From: Balanoglossus misakiensis
Taxonomy: Eukaryota > Animalia > Hemichordata
Length of the DNA stretch: 64,000 nucleotides
Direction: 5' to 3'
Assembly (NCBI GenBank): GCA_040954595.2
Contig: CM082582.2
Location: forward strand, 4,076,303-4,140,302
Positions 10,014 through 23,208 of this stretch are shown piece after piece. Made by a program: the position numbers and the translations under genes. Positions within the stretch are counted from its first letter, which is position 1; every line of letters starts with the position of its first letter. The notes beneath the pieces are model-generated. The model saw nothing but the letters and a program-made list of their open reading frames with translations, was not told the origin of the DNA and made no database searches.

Positions 10014-13000
10014 TACATTTTGTACAATTCAACATGTTTTTATACAAAATTTACATCACTGCCATCGTAAATTTCACAGAACAAAATGACTGCAAAATTA
10101 CATACAATTTTAATACTAGTAGTCTAGAGAAAACGTACAAGCAACTGTCGAGTGTGACTTATGCCACTGCGACCTTAAATGCATAATACGAATTGATGCA
10201 TTTAGGAAAGCTTATTGGCATGAAACTTTACGTGTTATACATGGGACACATTTGAAAAATAAAACAAAACTCATAACTGTTCTTGAATAATGACTATTTG
10301 GCCTTGTTTTGGATATTGGGCAGAAATATTTCTAACACAATACTAAAGACTGCAGGTGTGTTTACTAATTGTTGTTTATTTATTTGTTTGTTTACACTTA
10401 CACATTCGTTTTAATGTTACACGGAGGGCGTCCTTCAGTTGCAAAAACTTCTCTCTGCCAGTGACACTTTCGGCTGCCCACATAAATCCGGGTTCAAAGG
10501 TTAACCGTTGTAGGGACAACAAACAACGTCGTCAACAGCTTTCATATGCAAACATATTAACAATAACTATAATGGCGGCACTGTGCTGTGTAGGACACTG
10601 AAAGGTTGCACTTTGTCGGGAATCGGAAGGTATGTGATTCTAGAGTTCATAAATAACTGACTACCAGTTTCAGCACCCTATTAGATTTGACGCGCGCGTC
10701 TTTTTTATTTGTGAGGAAGTACAATAAATTCCTCTTGTTGGTATTGGGACCGCGTGTACCGGTATATACAGTGTTTAATACTGAACTATTTTTAGTTCTC
10801 AATATCGACCATGGCGTTCTTTGCCATGTCGTTTGCTTTAGATCGTGTTATGTCACCATTTTATACTTGGTTTTAAGTCTGATCTTCCACAGTTGTGGGG
10901 TTATTTAGGCGTGGTCAGCAACGTCGTCTGTGGTTGGGACTTGCATTGGCCTATATCTGTATATGGAATATGTGGTCACGCGACCGACAATCATGTCACA
11001 GCAATCTCTACAATAAAGCTCTGTTCGGTTATTTGGTGTAGGCTCATACGCATGTTACCTGGTGTATTTCTACAGAAACCAATAGTGTCAGCATGTGTTT
11101 GAAAGTATTGGTAGTCAACTAAATACATTTGTTGAAATGAGACAGTTAATAGCAATGACCATGGTATTATGCGATTTACGTCTTGCTCAATGGACCTTAA
11201 AATCGTACGTCATTTTTCAAAAATAGTGATTTCACGACACAGTGAATGTTCATATGAGTGAACAGTGAATTCATTGACGTAGGCCTAGGCCTGGTACCAG
11301 GTATACTTTGACATGTATTCTGGACGCTTGTACGCCTATTTATATTATTTGGGCGATATAGAGAGAAGGTTCTGTACAACTGCACTACTACATCAACCCC
11401 AGCAGTAATCATACCTGATTATTAGTGCATGTATGTTAGTAATAGTAGGCCCAATGTTTAATTTACTGTACTTGCCCTATATATAACGGGGACTCGGAAC
11501 AGGGCACTCGTCGATCATGTCGCTACAGAACACCTCATTATGTAAGAGAATATCGTTTCATTCAATTGACGCTTGCGGTACTAAAGGTGTAGTTTATATA
11601 GAGTCAAGGGATAGTGGCCCTTTGTTAAACCAGAGAGTTCTGTATACACGGTAGTGGTATCATGGTAACAGTGTAATCTTACAAAAATTTTCTTGTCATC
11701 AATGGATGAATCATAAAGTTTGCCAATTAATCGTGGACGTTATGTGATTACCACGGTCAGTCACTCCACACAGGCCGTGCCTGTACCGAGCATCATCCGG
11801 TAGGGACGTAGTTGAAACTAACTTACCACGTCAATGGCATGCGCAGTAAACGTACGTGTGTTGCTTCAGCATTTCTTGTCATGTGGAATCCAATATTACA
11901 ACATCGTGACCTTCATTTTAAAAACACACACAAAATGCATTACATTCGTTTTTATCGTTAATAAATATTTTCAATGTCTTAAAACCCAAAGACTCTTCAT
12001 TTGTTGACCGTCGAGAAACTTCGAGGTTTTGTACTTTTTATTAACTGCTTTGTCATATCGGACCGCGTCACCCCTAAAGATCGTAGATGGTTATCGTTGG
12101 TATTGGCTTTATTTACAAGTGCACAAAGGGCAAGGTCACTGAGGTCATCACGACATCAATCGGTGATGTCGATTTGACACTAATACAACAAGAATGACGT
12201 AGGCCTACCAAACTGTCTTTCATTTACTGGCTTCGTCTCATTTTACATGTGTGGTACATAATTTTGTTGACGGCAGTAACGCTATTGTCACTTTTTAGTA
12301 AATACAATTCATCCGTGTAGGCCTATACGGGTTACACATTCTAAAATATTTCGCTAATAATTTTTCGTTTCCGGTCGTACGCATGCTAACTGAGCGTGCC
12401 CTATTATCCGAAGTTATCGATATTTTTCAGTGTGATATACAATTATAACCGCCATTCAATACGTATTTTCGCACCTGAAAGTTAGTGCCGAGATAACTGA
12501 ATAGCACACACCATGCCACAGACATTGAGTGTACAGCCTAAGGTTATGGCCACGTTTTTCTTTGCGCAAGATATGTCAAACACACGTCTGCAACAAAGCT
12601 ATTTTTACAGTCTCACACATGTGTATGTATAAAGATTTTTTCACCGCACGGTTGGGAAATTCAGCTGCTAAAATTGACGGAGTTGGGGTTTGTACGAAAG
12701 AAGAGGTGTAACAGAGATTTGGAACTAGCTGCTGTAAGGGTGATAAGTCGCAAGGCTGGTGATGCTGGAGGCATGAAAATCATGCGACTGCCACATGAGA
12801 AATGGCTTGTACAAGGATGCATACTTTTCAAGTTTTCTCTACTGTAGGCTGGAAGTACGTCCTATAGGATGTTATGTTTTAGTTACAGGATATGCTGGTC
12901 CCCTGGGTATATTGTGTTTAACAACGATTAGCTGTACACAATAAATAATGTTAAGCTTACACATTTCTTGGATTGTTTTGTAGATATGGTAATTTCAGTC

Positions 13001-13027
13001 ACAAGATAGATATGGTAATTTCTGAAG

Positions 13028-16000
13028 ATGGCGAATTTAAGGTCGGATTACGTGACCCCTGTCACAGTAGGTAGGTCTGTCAGAAACTATTTATTTATTC
13101 ATCAAATCTGTACTGACAAACATTTTATACAATGTCGATATCTTCGATAATCACACCAGCCGTAGGTATCGCATAATGACACAAACAATATATATGCAAA
13201 CGAGTCACAATGTCCGACAATTATGTTATATCAAATTTAAACCTCGCCATATGAAATGACCAATATAAACCAGCGGAATTAACCACTGACGGGCCCTCAC
13301 TGAATCAAGCAGGTGTCATGTTTATTATTTTGGTGCGTGGTACGCACTGGAAAATTTTATTTTTTCCCGTTTTCTGGCTGGACTTCATTTCTCGCCGACG
13401 CGATTATAAAACAATTCATCAGTGGATACTCAAAACAAATAACATTTTCATTTTGCTGGTTTAACCCCTGAGCGACAGAAATAGATCAAAGTAATTGTTT
13501 CTGATTTTGACGCCATATAAACTTTGTTGATTGATAAAAATTGATTGAACTGTGTTCTTTGTTTTCTTACAGCTTTTATTGGTGCTTTAATTCTTAACAC
13601 ACAAGTCATATCGGTGACAGGTGAGTGCCTTCTCAAAAACCAATAAAGGGTTTATTATCGTGATTAATGGTCCAAAATTGGAGTCAATTCAGTATTTTTA
13701 CGTGAATAATAAAATTTTCTGCTAATAGCAAAAGTTGGGACCAATGACGTGAACATAATGTAAGATAGTTGGGAGATCTCGCGAGACTTGGTTAATTACC
13801 GTAGCAACGGGGTGCCAACGTAGCCAAGCTTTGTATGTAACAAGAATAGGTGCAGAGATTAACAAAACATGTAAATTTTAACATTTATGCCGTTTAAAAC
13901 GATGGGCCGTGTGTTGTTTGTCCCGTATCATGCATGAGAATTTCCATCCCATGTAAACTGCCTGGCCACGCGGGGTCCCGTGGAGTTCGGAAAAATGGTC
14001 GATCCACGAACTATTAAACTATATCTCCGAGGGTATGTGATCTCACAAGGTTGAGCAAATTCTGACGGAGGAGGCTGTGATTATAATGGATTATTTTGCT
14101 ATGGATTATTTTATAATCTGAATTAAAGATGAAATGATAATAATAATAATGCAAAGAAATCCCGAAGTGGGCAGTAATTCTAAGCATGTGCGTGATTATA
14201 CCCGTTTATATCTTCTCGATAGGCCAGTGTGGTATAGAATATTTGACGGCTGTTCCGAATGAGACACACTATTTGACGTCTCCAAATTACCCAACGAAAT
14301 ATCCATCACATAGCAATTGTCGTTGGGTAATCAATGCGCCGTCTGCAGAATACCGTATATTACTATACATTCAGGACGTCCACTTAGAAACCTCCTGTTC
14401 GTATGACGGGATTCAAATAAGAGATGGTAAGTTGAAAACATGCGATACCTTTAACAGTCTTCAGAGTCAGACAGCATTTGGTACAAAGAGAAGGTGTGTT
14501 TTTTATCTGAACAACTTCGGTTTTCGTGTCTGCGGAAAAAGTTCACGCTTGCAATAAATGGCAGTGTTTTATTAACGAAAACTTGCCCCGATAAGATGTG
14601 TCTATTCTTTCGTTTTGTTTGTCAAATGAATGAGGCAGATCGATTTGTTGCCCGATAATTATTTAGGCTTCCATTCTGATCACCCGAAATTAAGAAACCA
14701 CTTTGTACGTATTTATAGCAATTTTTGTGCACGTTGTTATGACAACTATTATTTATGCGTACTTTTCTCAGGTGATTCAGAAACATCCGACTTAATCTTG
14801 GAAATTTGCGACAATGTCAATCCTTGGTCCGTTACAAGTATCGGTAGTACTATCTTTATAAAATTCTACAGCGATTCTTCCGTGGAAGAGAGGGGATTTC
14901 GACTTTCATACACAGCGTTTCGTAAGTCTCCTACGTTATTTGTTTATGACCACTATCTTTAATGCCTGATTATTCTTGCAGTATGTTTTGCTTTATGAAC
15001 ATTAAACTACAGTTCCTTCAAAGTTATTCTCCCTGTGTTATACCAAAATGGCCGCGATTTCAGCTCGAGAGCAAGTTGTGTACAAATGTATATGTGTAAA
15101 GACCACGGTTATTGCTGATAAATTCATTTGAGTTCGAACTTGAATATAGTTTCTAAATAATAGAATGCTGATTACATGTATACACATATGGACTACCAGT
15201 GCGTTGTCGGAAACCTATACATAAATATACAACACGTAGTCTACCACACTTTTCAGATAGTGAAGAAAGTATAACATGTATATTCATTGCCTTAGAGGGT
15301 TTTCGATAGCAAATTACTAAGATAAGTTATCGCAACTTCAGATTGTATATGGATCCAGTGTAACAGAATGCAAAATTTATCAACCTCAATATTTTTCTGT
15401 ATTTGACTTTTGGCGCCAACACTATAGTCCGACATTTCTTTTGTTCACTGCCCTTCGTCCAAAGAAGGTCCAAATCACGGCCTTCGGCATTAAAAAAAAA
15501 ATACAGTCCAATCTTCAGATTCTATATATGGCGTCTATAACATTACACCATTTGACTTACGTACGTTTTGTTTCCTTTTACCAGAGGTCGGATCGTCTTG
15601 TCCACCGAACTGGGCAAGAAGAAACGAATTTTGCTATAATCATAGGTCGAATGTCACCAATAGAGACACTGCACAGAAACGTTGTGGCTATGACGTATCA
15701 AACCTGGTCAGTATTAACAACGAACAAGAAAACGATTTTATTTCCAGTAAGTATCCCTATATAACATTTCTTGTTTTAATGCCACAGGAAATCCTGAACC
15801 AGAGAATATTAGCGTAAATGTACTTTTAACGATTCCGATGTTTTAAGAGTTCAGGTTTCAAATGCTTGTGTTTTTGATAATTTACCATCTTATATCTGAG
15901 AAGATTTGACACTGTTGACTCTTTCAAACAGGCTTGTCATTATTTCTTTTTAAAATATATTTTTTGTATTCGCAGACACATTTTCAGGAGTTGCGCAGAA

Positions 16001-18018
16001 TGTGTGGATAGGAGTTTTATATCATGGGGATTTTAAGAATTATTCGTGGGTTGATCAAATTAAATACAGCTTTATAAAGTAGGTATATCTTAACACATTT
16101 ATTCTATTATAACAGCACTGATACAATTTCCAATAGACTAAAGGGAAACAATAAAGACTTTGATAGCAGACGCAATCCACCTACAAATAGTTATGACGTA
16201 TTGTATTTATTATTGGAGACAGGAAGGGATGAAGACTTTTCCAGAACGTTTATTTGCTATGTTGGTCTTCCCCATTGACTATCTGAGGACGTGGACGGAA
16301 TTAACGGGGGGGGGGGGGGGGGGGGGGGCTGGTGCAATTTGAGGGAGGGTCACTACTTTTTTAGATCCAGATTTTGAAAAACACTGAAACACTGCCTCCT
16401 CCAATGTTAATACTGTACAGGCCCTAAAAGAGTGTCGATCGATTCGTCACCGTAAGGAATACCTGTCTAGCACTTATTGGCCTGTCCAACCCATTTACAA
16501 AAACAATGTTTATATACTGAATGATATTTCTTTTCAAGTTGGCAGAGTGGTCATCCTAAGGCATCACATATATGTACAGCGATGGACCTCACTACAAAGC
16601 AGTGGTATTCTGTGAGTTGCAGAGACCAACTTCCATACATATGCAAGAAAAACATTTGTAAGTATACTTACCAGTGTAACACGTATAGTCCGTTGTTTAA
16701 CCATAAAAGGCTGAAAAAGTAGTTATAAGTTCTACTGGGTTTATACTGAAAGTATATACATAACATGAAAGTGTACCGATCGGCTGAATGAAATAAAAAT
16801 ATGGGTACAAAAATTGGAAAGTGGCAAGCGTCGATGAATATCTTAAAGAACTCGAACGTCACGACTACTTGCCTTTGATTGGCCGGATATCCAAGCAGAA
16901 TGTGAACGTGGGGGAAACAGGATACCGGAAGCGCCCATTTCAGTACTAAAATTGTTTGATGCCCCATGCTGCAATTTTCAAATTTTGTAAACCCTTAGAA
17001 TGTGATAGAAACGAACAAATAAAAGGTGCAGGAGTTTTTAAGTAACAAAGAAAACCTTGGGCAAAACAGGCGAAAACGTATAATGGGGCATTATCTCCAA
17101 ATAAAAGACCAGCGAAAGTTGAGAACAAACATTCTGAAAATATAGCCAAAAATGACATCTAATGTCCCTTTAACCTATACTCTTTAAACAGACGGAACGA
17201 CAGTTGTTCGCGAGATTCCTCCTTCAAGCCAAGAAGGCTCGTCAGGTAAATGCCACGTCACATTCATTCATTTTGACTTTCTAGTAGGCCTACATGATCT
17301 ATAAGTATTAAGTTTAATGATGTAAATCCTTCAACCCTTGAGGTTTATGAGTGTCGTCTGCCAATTCATTTTACATTTTAGAAAAATCTGAAAGCTTTGA
17401 CCTATTTGCTAGCTGGAAATGTTACCTTACACTCTACATACACAACGGTAAAACTACGAATTGAAGTTGATTATTTTCTCTTTTGAAGGTTTCAACTTTT
17501 GGGAAATTCCCGGAATTATTATAGCAGTAATAGTGTTTGGAACAATAGGATATGGATTCCTGCGCCATTTTTGTCAAGCCGTAACTGATTGTTGTGACGG
17601 TTTTTGCGGAGCACTGAGAGAGTGCTGGTCCTGCACCAAAGAAGGTGTTTGTAGTATTTCTTGTGGCAGAGGCGGACAGAATCGGACAATTCGGAGACAC
17701 GGATCGGCGCCAGAGATTACCTCAGCAGCAGACTTGAACTTCCAGACTATAATCACAACCGACAACATATCCATAGCTAGTAGTAATAGTACGGTAATTA
17801 CTGGACAACCCCAGGCTGGTGCCTTGTCACCATCTGCACCCCCTGTATATAACCCCAGAGCGCCACCCCCGTCGTATGAAGATCTCACCTTTGACACCCG
17901 CACAACTGACCAATCACAGAGTGCCTTTTCAATCCCTCCAGAAGCAAGTTCAGCACCGCCACCAGAATATCCACCGCCATCATATGACGAAGTTACCACT
18001 GATTCGTCTATGGCTTGA
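13028..18018 (+). CDS. CUB domain + C-type lectin-like domain single-pass type I membrane protein (about 470 aa) with Cys-rich, PSAP/PPxY cytoplasmic tail
   Basis: Exons 13028-13070 and 13573-13620 (signal peptide MANLRSDYVTPVTVAFIGALILNTQVISVT); CUB 14223-14426 and 14772-14921 (CG..LTSPNYPTKYP..CRWVI..CSYDGIQIRDG..IC..FYSDSSVEERGFRLSY); CTLD 15585-15746, 15976-16078, 16539-16657 (CPPNW..FCY..C..LVSINNEQENDFI..VWIG..WVD..C..WYSVSC..YICKK); stalk 17192-17245; TM + tail 17489-18018. All junctions are GT-AG and the total of 1413 nt is in frame. The first coding exon is the least certain. Confidence 0.9.
16287..16424. mobile_element. Degenerate short Harbinger-like MITE with poly-G tract
   Basis: Left end GGACGTGGACGGAATTAAC versus reverse-complemented right end GGGCCTGTACAGTATTAAC (14/19), TGA/TAA flanks, and a G-run after the TIR as in the larger Harbinger MITEs here. 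Confidence 0.45.
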
Positions 18019-18099
18019 TCTTCAGAAGCAAACGATAATCACATACTCTTAACATGTAAAAGGACGGCGGTTCAATTATTCGAAATCACATAAAGTACG

Positions 18100-18105
18100 A
18101 ATAAA
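18100..18105 (+). terminator. Candidate polyadenylation signal of the CUB-CTLD gene
   Basis: AATAAA about 80 nt after the stop at 18018. Confidence 0.45.
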
Positions 18106-19497
18106 ATGTATAAGAGGGGCGGATCTCTAGGGAGGACTCCCCCGGGAGAACTTGCTCCATTGTGAAACCCAGAAACGGTTTCACAGGCGGGTATACGCGA
18201 GATTTGGGTACAATTCGCGATATATATGGAGAGAATAGTGGGGCTATTGCTATTATGGTTGCATGTATAATTATTGTTTACCCTCACCTGAAAGAATTAT
18301 AAATGTAAAATAAACTAAATTTTTGTTGAAAAGCAGGCAAATATATTTTCACACATCCATCATTATATTTACAATGGAAATTATGGAATACGTGTTATTA
18401 TCTTAAATTAATAATTATTTTTTTTATTGTATGATCGTGAGACAGGGTATTACATATCAATGAGAAAGCAAACCCGACTACCATTATAAAAAAAGAAATG
18501 AATGAATCTACGTGCATTGTTTAACAGAAGGGGTGGACGACTTTGAATTGCGACATCCAACATTCTTTTCCGATTGTTACTGTACTGAAGTATGAAACCA
18601 GCTTTCATGCAACAGCTATTTTTACATTCTCGTCCCACCAGACTACGGATTTCTTTCGTTTCACTATCGAAGGGCCGTGGTTTGCGACGAAGCTATTTTT
18701 AATGCATACTGTTTTCTAATGATATCGATAGAGATAATAAATCATTGTAATTTTATTTTAATTTTGCAGAATGATTTTACGTTTTAAACAAGGACGTTTT
18801 GCGTATCATTGTTGTCAGCATATGTATTGGCTTCTAGAACACGTGAGGTTATTCGAAAATGGAAATTTTATACTTTATGCGGGATAAAGTTAATTGACCG
18901 AGCACATCTCCCTGTCTGTATGAATCACATTTATAGGAAAATATTAAGACTGAAGTTCCTAGGAAGATTTCATGCACCTGTTTTCACATGTTTGCGGAGA
19001 TGGTTAAAACGTTCGCCCCATTTACGTGTTCACGATAATCGAACCAGAACTTACTCAAGTATCTAGTTTGAGGATATACGTCGTAATTTACCATCAGTCG
19101 TCCCTTCTGATTAAGTTTTTTACGCCATACAGTGTCTATTGTTTTGTGTCATAGCTCATTAATAACACACTGCTTTCCAAATTTTATATGATTGATCCGC
19201 TGCCAACTGTTGTGAACAGCTAGGTGGTTCCAGTCATCACTCAAATAATCAAGTTTCTTCTTTCTGGAAAATGTGCACAGTCATCTAAATTTAGCCATCG
19301 TTTGCTCTCTCTCCTCAAAATATCAAGCTTTATCAAACATTCTCAGAAATTATCGTCCTGTTTCTCTCAACTGTGGTGTACATCACGGATTCGAGTCCGT
19401 TTTACGACCGATTTTATTCAATCTTTTATATACTGCCCCTTAACCAAGCATAAATGGTCCGTGGCTAATTGCGGCCAAGTGAAATCCTTATCTATAA

Positions 19498-20497
19498 GGG
19501 ACCGTTCAGTTTTTACGGCAGGGGGGGGGGGGCTGGCAAGTTTGTGTCATCGGTTCTCAAAATCAGGCCGACCCCCCCTTCACCCAGGACCAAAAAATGA
19601 TGACCCCCCCTTTGACAGACCCAAAAATATGATGACCCCCCCCCCCACGCCCAAAACATTCACCGTCCTGATCCTATGTACACTGTATGCAATAAAGGGA
19701 ATGAGGCTCCTCACACCTCAATTCTATATTTCTTAAAGTATTATTGAAGTATATAATAGTATATCGTTGCAATAAAGAAATCTATGAACAAATTAAAATG
19801 ACAAGTCGGTAGAATCGGTAAAACAAGAAAAGTGGCGGGGGTGGGCGTGGGAGGGGGTGTCCCCCTCCCACATAAGAAAATTTTGTAAAATACGACGCTC
19901 AAAGTTGCATTTTAATGAACTCAAAAGCAAATTAATTCAATGTTAGGGAGGACAAATTTTAATTTTGCCACTCCACTCAAAGTAAGCATCGGGGTGGGGT
20001 GGCAAGAAGTCTTCCCTGGTACACTAGACAAACCAGTGAATAAATACGTCATCTTGTCATGACATCATTTATAAAACTTCTAGTATATAGAAGATGCAGC
20101 GCGAAATCAGTTATGCAAAATGGTTTAAACAATTATTCTCCTTTATGTATTCACTTTGTTAAATATTATCATCGGTGGGGTTAGGGTGGCAAGCACTCTG
20201 CCCTGGTACACTAGACAAACCAGCAAAAAATGAAATGTGGCGGAGAATGAAGGGGGTGGGTGTGGGAGGGGGTGTCCCCCTCCCACATTAGAAAATTTTG
20301 TAAAATAAAGGGTGCGAAACTGCAATTTGTGGACTCAAAACCAAAAGTTCGGTGGCAAAAGTATGTGACCCCCCCCTAAACGTTTAAAAAAAACAGATGA
20401 CCCCCCCCCCCCCTTGTGGACTTCAAAATTTAAGTGACCCCCCCCCCCCCCTGGATTTTGCCGCCCCCCCCCCCGGCCGTAAAAACTGAACGGTCCC
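19498..20497. mobile_element. PIF/Harbinger-type MITE (1000 bp), TAA TSD
   Basis: Perfect 22-bp TIR GGGACCGTTCAGTTTTTACGGC / GCCGTAAAAACTGAACGGTCCC; TAA at 19495-19497 and 20498-20500; subterminal TGACCCCCCC repeats; two GGGAGGGGGTGTCCCCCTCCC hairpins inside; no coding capacity. Confidence 0.9.
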
Positions 20498-20661
20498 TAA
20501 TCCAGACCAACCGATTCCTTATTTGACGTTGTTTCCGTCTGTTTCGAATACCGAACCACTATAACGTATTCACTTTCTAAAATGTCGAGTGAATCTACAA
20601 GTTGGCATTTGGGTGTTGATATTGTATTTCGTTTTTCGATTTTCGAAAATCGAAATACAAA

Positions 20662-21397
20662 CAGGGTTTCGGAAAGTTAGGGAGCTAGCTATTAACCATT
20701 GCTACATTGTTACATTTTGTTCTGTTTTGAGGGAAAACACCCGACGCGACGTTCTTTTTGGCCCAATACATCTTCAACCAAATACATTGACGACCCATCA
20801 AACACATTTCCCGACAGCATGTTCAGTTGAACCACTGTAACCGGCGTTTTTAGTTCAAAAATTTCATCGCATACACGGATGCGGCTCGACATTTTCCGTT
20901 CAATTCAGTGCACGTAACCTTGAATGCCAGCACACTAGCCTTGCCATGCGAACTAAAACCAGTTTGCTTGAACTTCTACAACTAATTAAATATTAATGAA
21001 AAGTAAAACAATTGACCAATGAGATACCGGGTGAGGATTCAAGAAACGCCTATGCCTGGTTTATGTAAATTGTGCTGCTTTCATAGCGTGGGAACGTCCA
21101 CTTCTTCACTAATACATGTCCCAAATATAGCAATATGTAAATTTACGGTTAAGGAGAAATCGTTGAATATTCATAAAAAGAAAACATTAAGCCAATGGGA
21201 TTTTAGAATGTAGAGTGAAGGGAGTGTCTATGACCTTCATGATATTGATGTATTGATCTTTATTGTCAGAAGGGTCATGGAACGTCGGATGCATTCCCTT
21301 AAAACGTAACAAAATGTAACAATGTAGCAAGGGTTAATGGCCAGCACCCTAACCTTCCAGTAAAAGAACACACGATTGGCAAAACTTTGAAACCCTG
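20662..21397. repeat. About 75-bp inverted repeats bounding a probable old DNA transposon
   Basis: 20671-20746 (GGAAAGTTAGGGAGCTAGCTATTAACCATTGCTACATTGTTACATTTTG..) matches the reverse complement of 21283-21358. CAGGGTTTC/GAAACCCTG lie further out. No clean TSD. Confidence 0.6.
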
Positions 21398-21399
21398 CT

Positions 21400-22420
21400 G
21401 ATGACAACCCGCAATCGTATAGGCCTATCACCTGTGAGGGCGACCGGAGAAATCAGGCAGTGGATGCGTTTGCCTTGCTCTGAACGATGGATGAAGGTAA
21501 TACCAAAGTTATTCATTTGACGTCCTCTAAGTTTACAGGTGTATGATTGTCTGGTACCTCATTGTGATATACCAATTGGCGACGTCATTGTTCATCCATC
21601 CGACACAATTCTAAACATGCTAAAAAGCGGATAGTTTACTTTTCGCAAAGCATCACGGGATCTAGCTGTCAGACAGCGTAGCACAACAAGATGGCGGCAG
21701 GATACAAAAACAAAGGCACTTCCATGTGTGATAAATGGGTGGCTTCATATTAAATGGGTTTAGCGACGTTTAAAAGTAAGGGAAGGATTCGTGTAACCAA
21801 GTGCCCCAAAAGGACGAATCGGACGGATAGATACAAGGAATCTCCATGTTTTAGACAAGGTAAACCCTTTACAATAATGTGCGGCAAGGTACGATTTTTG
21901 TATTGCTAGTTTTATCGTTCAAGGAACAAATTCCGAACCGAAGAGTGTATGGGGTAAACTTTCACCCCAGACTACTAGAAGTTTAATAGTTTTACTCGGT
22001 GTTACAGGTTTTATGCAACTCCCAACACCGGGGTACAGTACTGTACTGCTGGTCCCTCCATCTTTCATATTCAATGTAAAAATAGGATGTTGGGTCGCTT
22101 GTTGTTTTTTTGAGCAGTAATGCACCTTCATGACGTTGGGGGCCGATAACCTGTGACCCAGAACACATGCGACTGTAGGATGACGTATGAACCGTGGTTC
22201 AGCAATGTAATGCGGGTCCTTAACCGTAAAATACTCGCCAACGGTGTATTTGTTGCCAGGGCGTGCGGCAGTGTCAAACTGAACACTCGGTGTTTGTTCA
22301 GGCGTACCACCAATCTGGCCCTTGAAAAAGAAGAAAGGGGTCGTGCCTTGACTAGTGAGGGCGCTACACACGACTATGTCATACATCAAAAGGGCAAAAG
22401 AAATTGTTCAGTTTGCAGGG
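21400..22420 (+). promoter_or_regulatory. CpG-rich promoter and first exon of a long + strand gene
   Basis: YY1 consensus CAAGATGGCGGC at 21687-21698 in sense orientation; splice donors AG|GTAAAC (21859/60) and AAG|GTACGA (21888/89). CpGs are frequent here and visibly scarce downstream. Confidence 0.65.
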
Positions 22421-22999
22421 GTGTCCAGTTTATAGAGGTTATTTTAACATTGTATAGTTCTATGTCAAAGGAACACTTCCAACAAAAAATGTGAAATTGC
22501 ATTTTGTAATTATTAAATTTGCAACAAGTGATATAAATCCAGAGTTACCAATTTTAGGAGAGCTGGTAACAGATAATAATGTTAGTGAGAGTAATATGTG
22601 CATAATTATTTACTGTGCTAACAGTTGTTGAAACTTGCCTACCACTACCAGAAAATTATTTTACAGGTTCATATCCACAAATTATAATATCCGAGCAGAG
22701 GGGCAGATTCAGTACATATCCATGCTATCTGGTACATGTAGTAGAGAATTTTGCTGTTGCTCAAGGGTGTTCTGCCATGGCCACCATTTTGAATTGTCAG
22801 CACGCTTTTCACCTAGGTCAGCAGAAATTACATTGTATTGACATTAGATATGTAATTGCACATTCATTGTGTCATATTCCATAGTTGAGGGACTGTGGTT
22901 GTTCTATCTGTAGGTAGACCTCCATCCTGTGGATTGATTTTTTTCTCAAATATTTAAAATTTGAGTGCTGAATCCTCATGCCAGCTTTCAAGCAGAATA

Positions 23000-23208
23000 C
23001 TGTAAAATGGGTTATTTTTGCGAGCAATAAATTTCCGCGAAATACGCGAGAGCCAAAAAAATGTGAAAATAAAAAGTCGCGTAAAATGTTTTTTGGATAT
23101 AATGATGCAGGTTGTGAAATATGAGAACACGAAAATTAATCCTTGCATAACAGTTGCCTCTTTCGATATCGTGAAAATTTCCTGTCGCGAAAATAACCCG
23201 TTTTACAG
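23000..23208 (+). mobile_element. TA-flanked MITE (Tc1/mariner-type), CTGTAAAA family, copy 1
   Basis: TA|CTGTAAAATGGGTTATTTT ... AAAATAACCCGTTTTACAG|TA; homologous to the copies at 40602 and 48249. Confidence 0.85.

Noticed and set aside
17574-17999. 141-aa Gly-rich minus-strand ORF
   Set aside because: Antisense shadow of the Pro-rich receptor tail exon.
19224-19736. 170-aa + ORF
   Set aside because: Runs across the MITE boundary and G/C homopolymers; no domain or splice support.
21919-22494. 156-aa and 113-aa ORFs in the CpG island
   Set aside because: Stop-poor GC-rich first-intron sequence with no recognisable motifs.
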